Shown here piece by piece: positions 18,322-20,000 of a DNA stretch of 20,000 bases. Location: assembly GCA_023150835.1 (NCBI GenBank), contig JAKLKB010000012.1, forward strand, positions 60,858 through 80,857, given 5' to 3'. The first letter of the stretch is position 1. Each line of letters begins with the position of its first letter. The notes below the pieces were generated by a model. It saw nothing but the letters and a program-made list of their open reading frames with translations, was not told the origin of the DNA and searched no databases. The DNA is from Myxococcota bacterium. Its GTDB lineage: Bacteria > Myxococcota_C > UBA6777. The position numbers were made by a program, and so were the translations under genes.

Positions 18322-18437
18322 TGGGGCGCTGCCCCATGCCCCGCCATAGAGCGCGGCTCCCTTGACCCCGTGTTGGCGAAGAGATCATCGTTTTCCATAC
18401 AGACGACTCTCTCGCTTGAAATCGCTGGAACGACGGG
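18322..18437 (+). repeat. Dispersed double-hairpin element, copy 3 (more degenerate)
   Basis: tggggcgctgccccatgccccgccatagagcgcggctcccttgaccccgt...catacagacgactctctcgcttgaa aligns with copy 1. Confidence 0.75.
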
Positions 18438-18497
18438 GATGATCCATCCACGTTGTTCCTCTCTGCTCCACTTCATTCCAATCCGCAGGACGCGATC

Positions 18498-19353
18498 ATG
18501 GACGAGATCAGCCACAAAAAATCCATCATCCGAGCACTTCAGTCTTTTCAGACGTCTTCCTTCCGAGAAGCCTCTTTCGGCTTCTTTCGTTCCCTTGGAC
18601 GCGGACTTCTTTGACCCCGAATGGATGTTTGGCGATGCCGTCGCCAACGGCTTCGATCTCGTGATCGGCAACCCACCATACATCCAGATCCAAAAACTCA
18701 ACAAAGAACAAAAAGACCAACTTTCCGCCCAAATCTTCGAAACTTACGCCGCCACCGCTGATCTCTATTGCCTTTTCTACGAACGGGGTATCCAGCTTCT
18801 CCGCGATGACGGCCACCTTTGCTACATCACCTCCAACAAGTGGATGCGCGCAGGCTACGGTGAAAAACTCCGCCGATATCTCGTCAGCGGATTCGATACG
18901 TACGCCGTGATGGACTTCGGCATGGCCCAGAACTTCAGCGCCGCCACGACTTACACCAACGTCCTACTCGGTGCAAAACGCCCGCCCTCCAGCTCTTTGC
19001 GCGCTTGCTATGCCAAAGACACCCGCCCCGCCATGCAAGACCCCGCACTCTATTTCCAACAACACGCCGTCGACTTGCCCACTCCCTCCAAAGATCCTTG
19101 GGTCATCCTCTCCCCTGAACGACAACAACTCAAAACCCTTGTCGAATCCCAAGGCATACCCCTCGGAACATGGGATATCAACATCTATCGAGGTGTCCTC
19201 ACAGGTTTCAACGATGCCTTCTACATCACCCAAGAACAGCGCGATGCTTTTGTCGCTGCCGATCCCCGCTGCGCCGAACACCTTGTCCCTCTCCTGCGTG
19301 GGCGCTTTGTCGAACGCTACGCCACCCGATGGGACGGCACTTGGATGATCAAT
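18498..19353 (+). pseudogene. Type IIG (Eco57I/TaqI-like) restriction-modification gene remnant: short N-terminal piece + out-of-frame N6-adenine methyltransferase C-terminal half
   Basis: 18498-18614 gives MDEISHKKSIIRALQSFQTSSFREASFGFFRSLG. From 18601 another frame gives ADFFDPEWMFG...GFDLVIGNPPYIQIQ...ADLYCLFYERGIQLL...YITSNKWMRAGYGEKLR...IYRGVLTGFNDAF...PLLRGR...WMIN. The AdoMet-binding motif I and the rest of the target-recognition domain are absent. Confidence 0.85.
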
Positions 19354-19533
19354 AGAGACCACCACACACGACACTTGGCGCGTCATCGCTTTTTCTTCCA
19401 ACCGTCGTCTCCATGTTCCCCAAGCCGCATCCGACACCGACTTTCCCAATCCCGCTTTTTTCAACTTGCTTGCACTCACATCTCCCACCGCCAGTCGTTC
19501 GCATCGTTCGATCAGTATGGTCGCGAGCTGGTG
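19354..19533 (-). mobile_element. tnpB: Internal fragment (~60 aa) of an IS200/IS605-family TnpB RNA-guided nuclease
   Basis: HQLATILIERCERLAVGDVSASKLKKAGLGKSVSDAAWGTWRRRLEEKAMTRQVSCVVVS matches the TnpB RuvC-II region pattern (H..S/T..L...GDV...L....K S..DA.W..F...LEYKA...G..V..V). No RuvC-I and no zinc ribbon. Confidence 0.75.
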
Positions 19534-20000
19534 ACGTATCTGGGGGGATTGTCGGAGGTGGGGCGTTGTGAGTCGGTCGGCGGGGAAGTCGAGATCACGC
19601 ATCGTTTGACAGATCGGGTGTTTCGGGTGAACGCGAAGTTGTCGCCCGAAGGGGAACAGGAAGATTTTTTGGTGCATTTGGAGTTTGAGTCATCGTACAA
19701 AACAGGGATGGGGCATCGTTTGGGGACGTATGGGTGGGGGTTGTGTGGGCGCGAGAACTTGCCCGTGATGCACATCGTCTGGTACGTCAGCGAAAAAGCC
19801 CCATCGCATTGGCCTGTCGGAGAGTGGCAAAGAGAACGCGAAGAAGAGATGTGGTTGGGTGGGCGTCTGGTGGGGTTGGTGAGTTGGCGGGAGATCTGGT
19901 TTTCGGGGAAGTACAACGCCGAAGACTTTGTAAAAGAAGCACCTGCGTACTTGTTGCCGTTTGCGGCGTTGATGGAAGGTGCAGAACGGCCCTTCATCAA
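19507..20000 (+). CDS. Rpn/YhgA-like PD-(D/E)XK nuclease (putative transposase) segment, lacking its own start, runs off the window
   Basis: Manual translation: FDQYGRELVTYLGG...HRLTDRVFRV...FLVHLEFESSYKTGMGHRLGTY...LPVMHIVWY...YLLPFAALM. This fits the D...H(I/L)EF(Q/E)...M..R...Y...PV pattern of Rpn-like proteins. Confidence 0.65.

Noticed and set aside
18590-18615. Programmed frameshift joining the R-M N-terminal piece to the MTase frame
   Set aside because: No slippery heptamer at the junction, and the joined product would still lack motif I and the nuclease domain. A deletion explains it better.
18964-19677. 237-aa minus-strand ORF as a complete TnpB
   Set aside because: Only ~60 aa are TnpB-like. 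The flanks are antisense to the MTase and Rpn-like coding segments, and RuvC-I and the zinc ribbon are missing.

Overview
GC-rich (roughly 55-60% by eye) bacterial DNA, most consistent with a Myxococcota genome (TIGR02266-type PilZ domain, MopE-like Cys/Asp-repeat lipoprotein, sigma54 activator). The left part is mostly housekeeping: a partial gshB, a PilZ-like/Pro-rich/Hsp70 fusion and alaS on the minus strand, then an RluA-family pseudouridine synthase with a 36-bp tandem repeat and a TolC + MlaC-like pair. The middle holds a GAF-AAA+-Fis activator and an MBL-fold hydrolase with a -24/-12 promoter and candidate enhancer sites, separated by a repeat-rich spacer. A Cys-rich lipoprotein follows. 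The right end looks like a decayed defence locus. A WYL regulator precedes an internally deleted type IIG (Eco57I-like) restriction-modification gene. Its methyltransferase half continues without a stop through an antisense TnpB fragment into an Rpn-like PD-(D/E)XK nuclease, in a frame the ORF track misses. A ~120-130-bp hairpin element occurs three times in intergenic DNA. All family calls come from motif recognition by eye; no searches were run.
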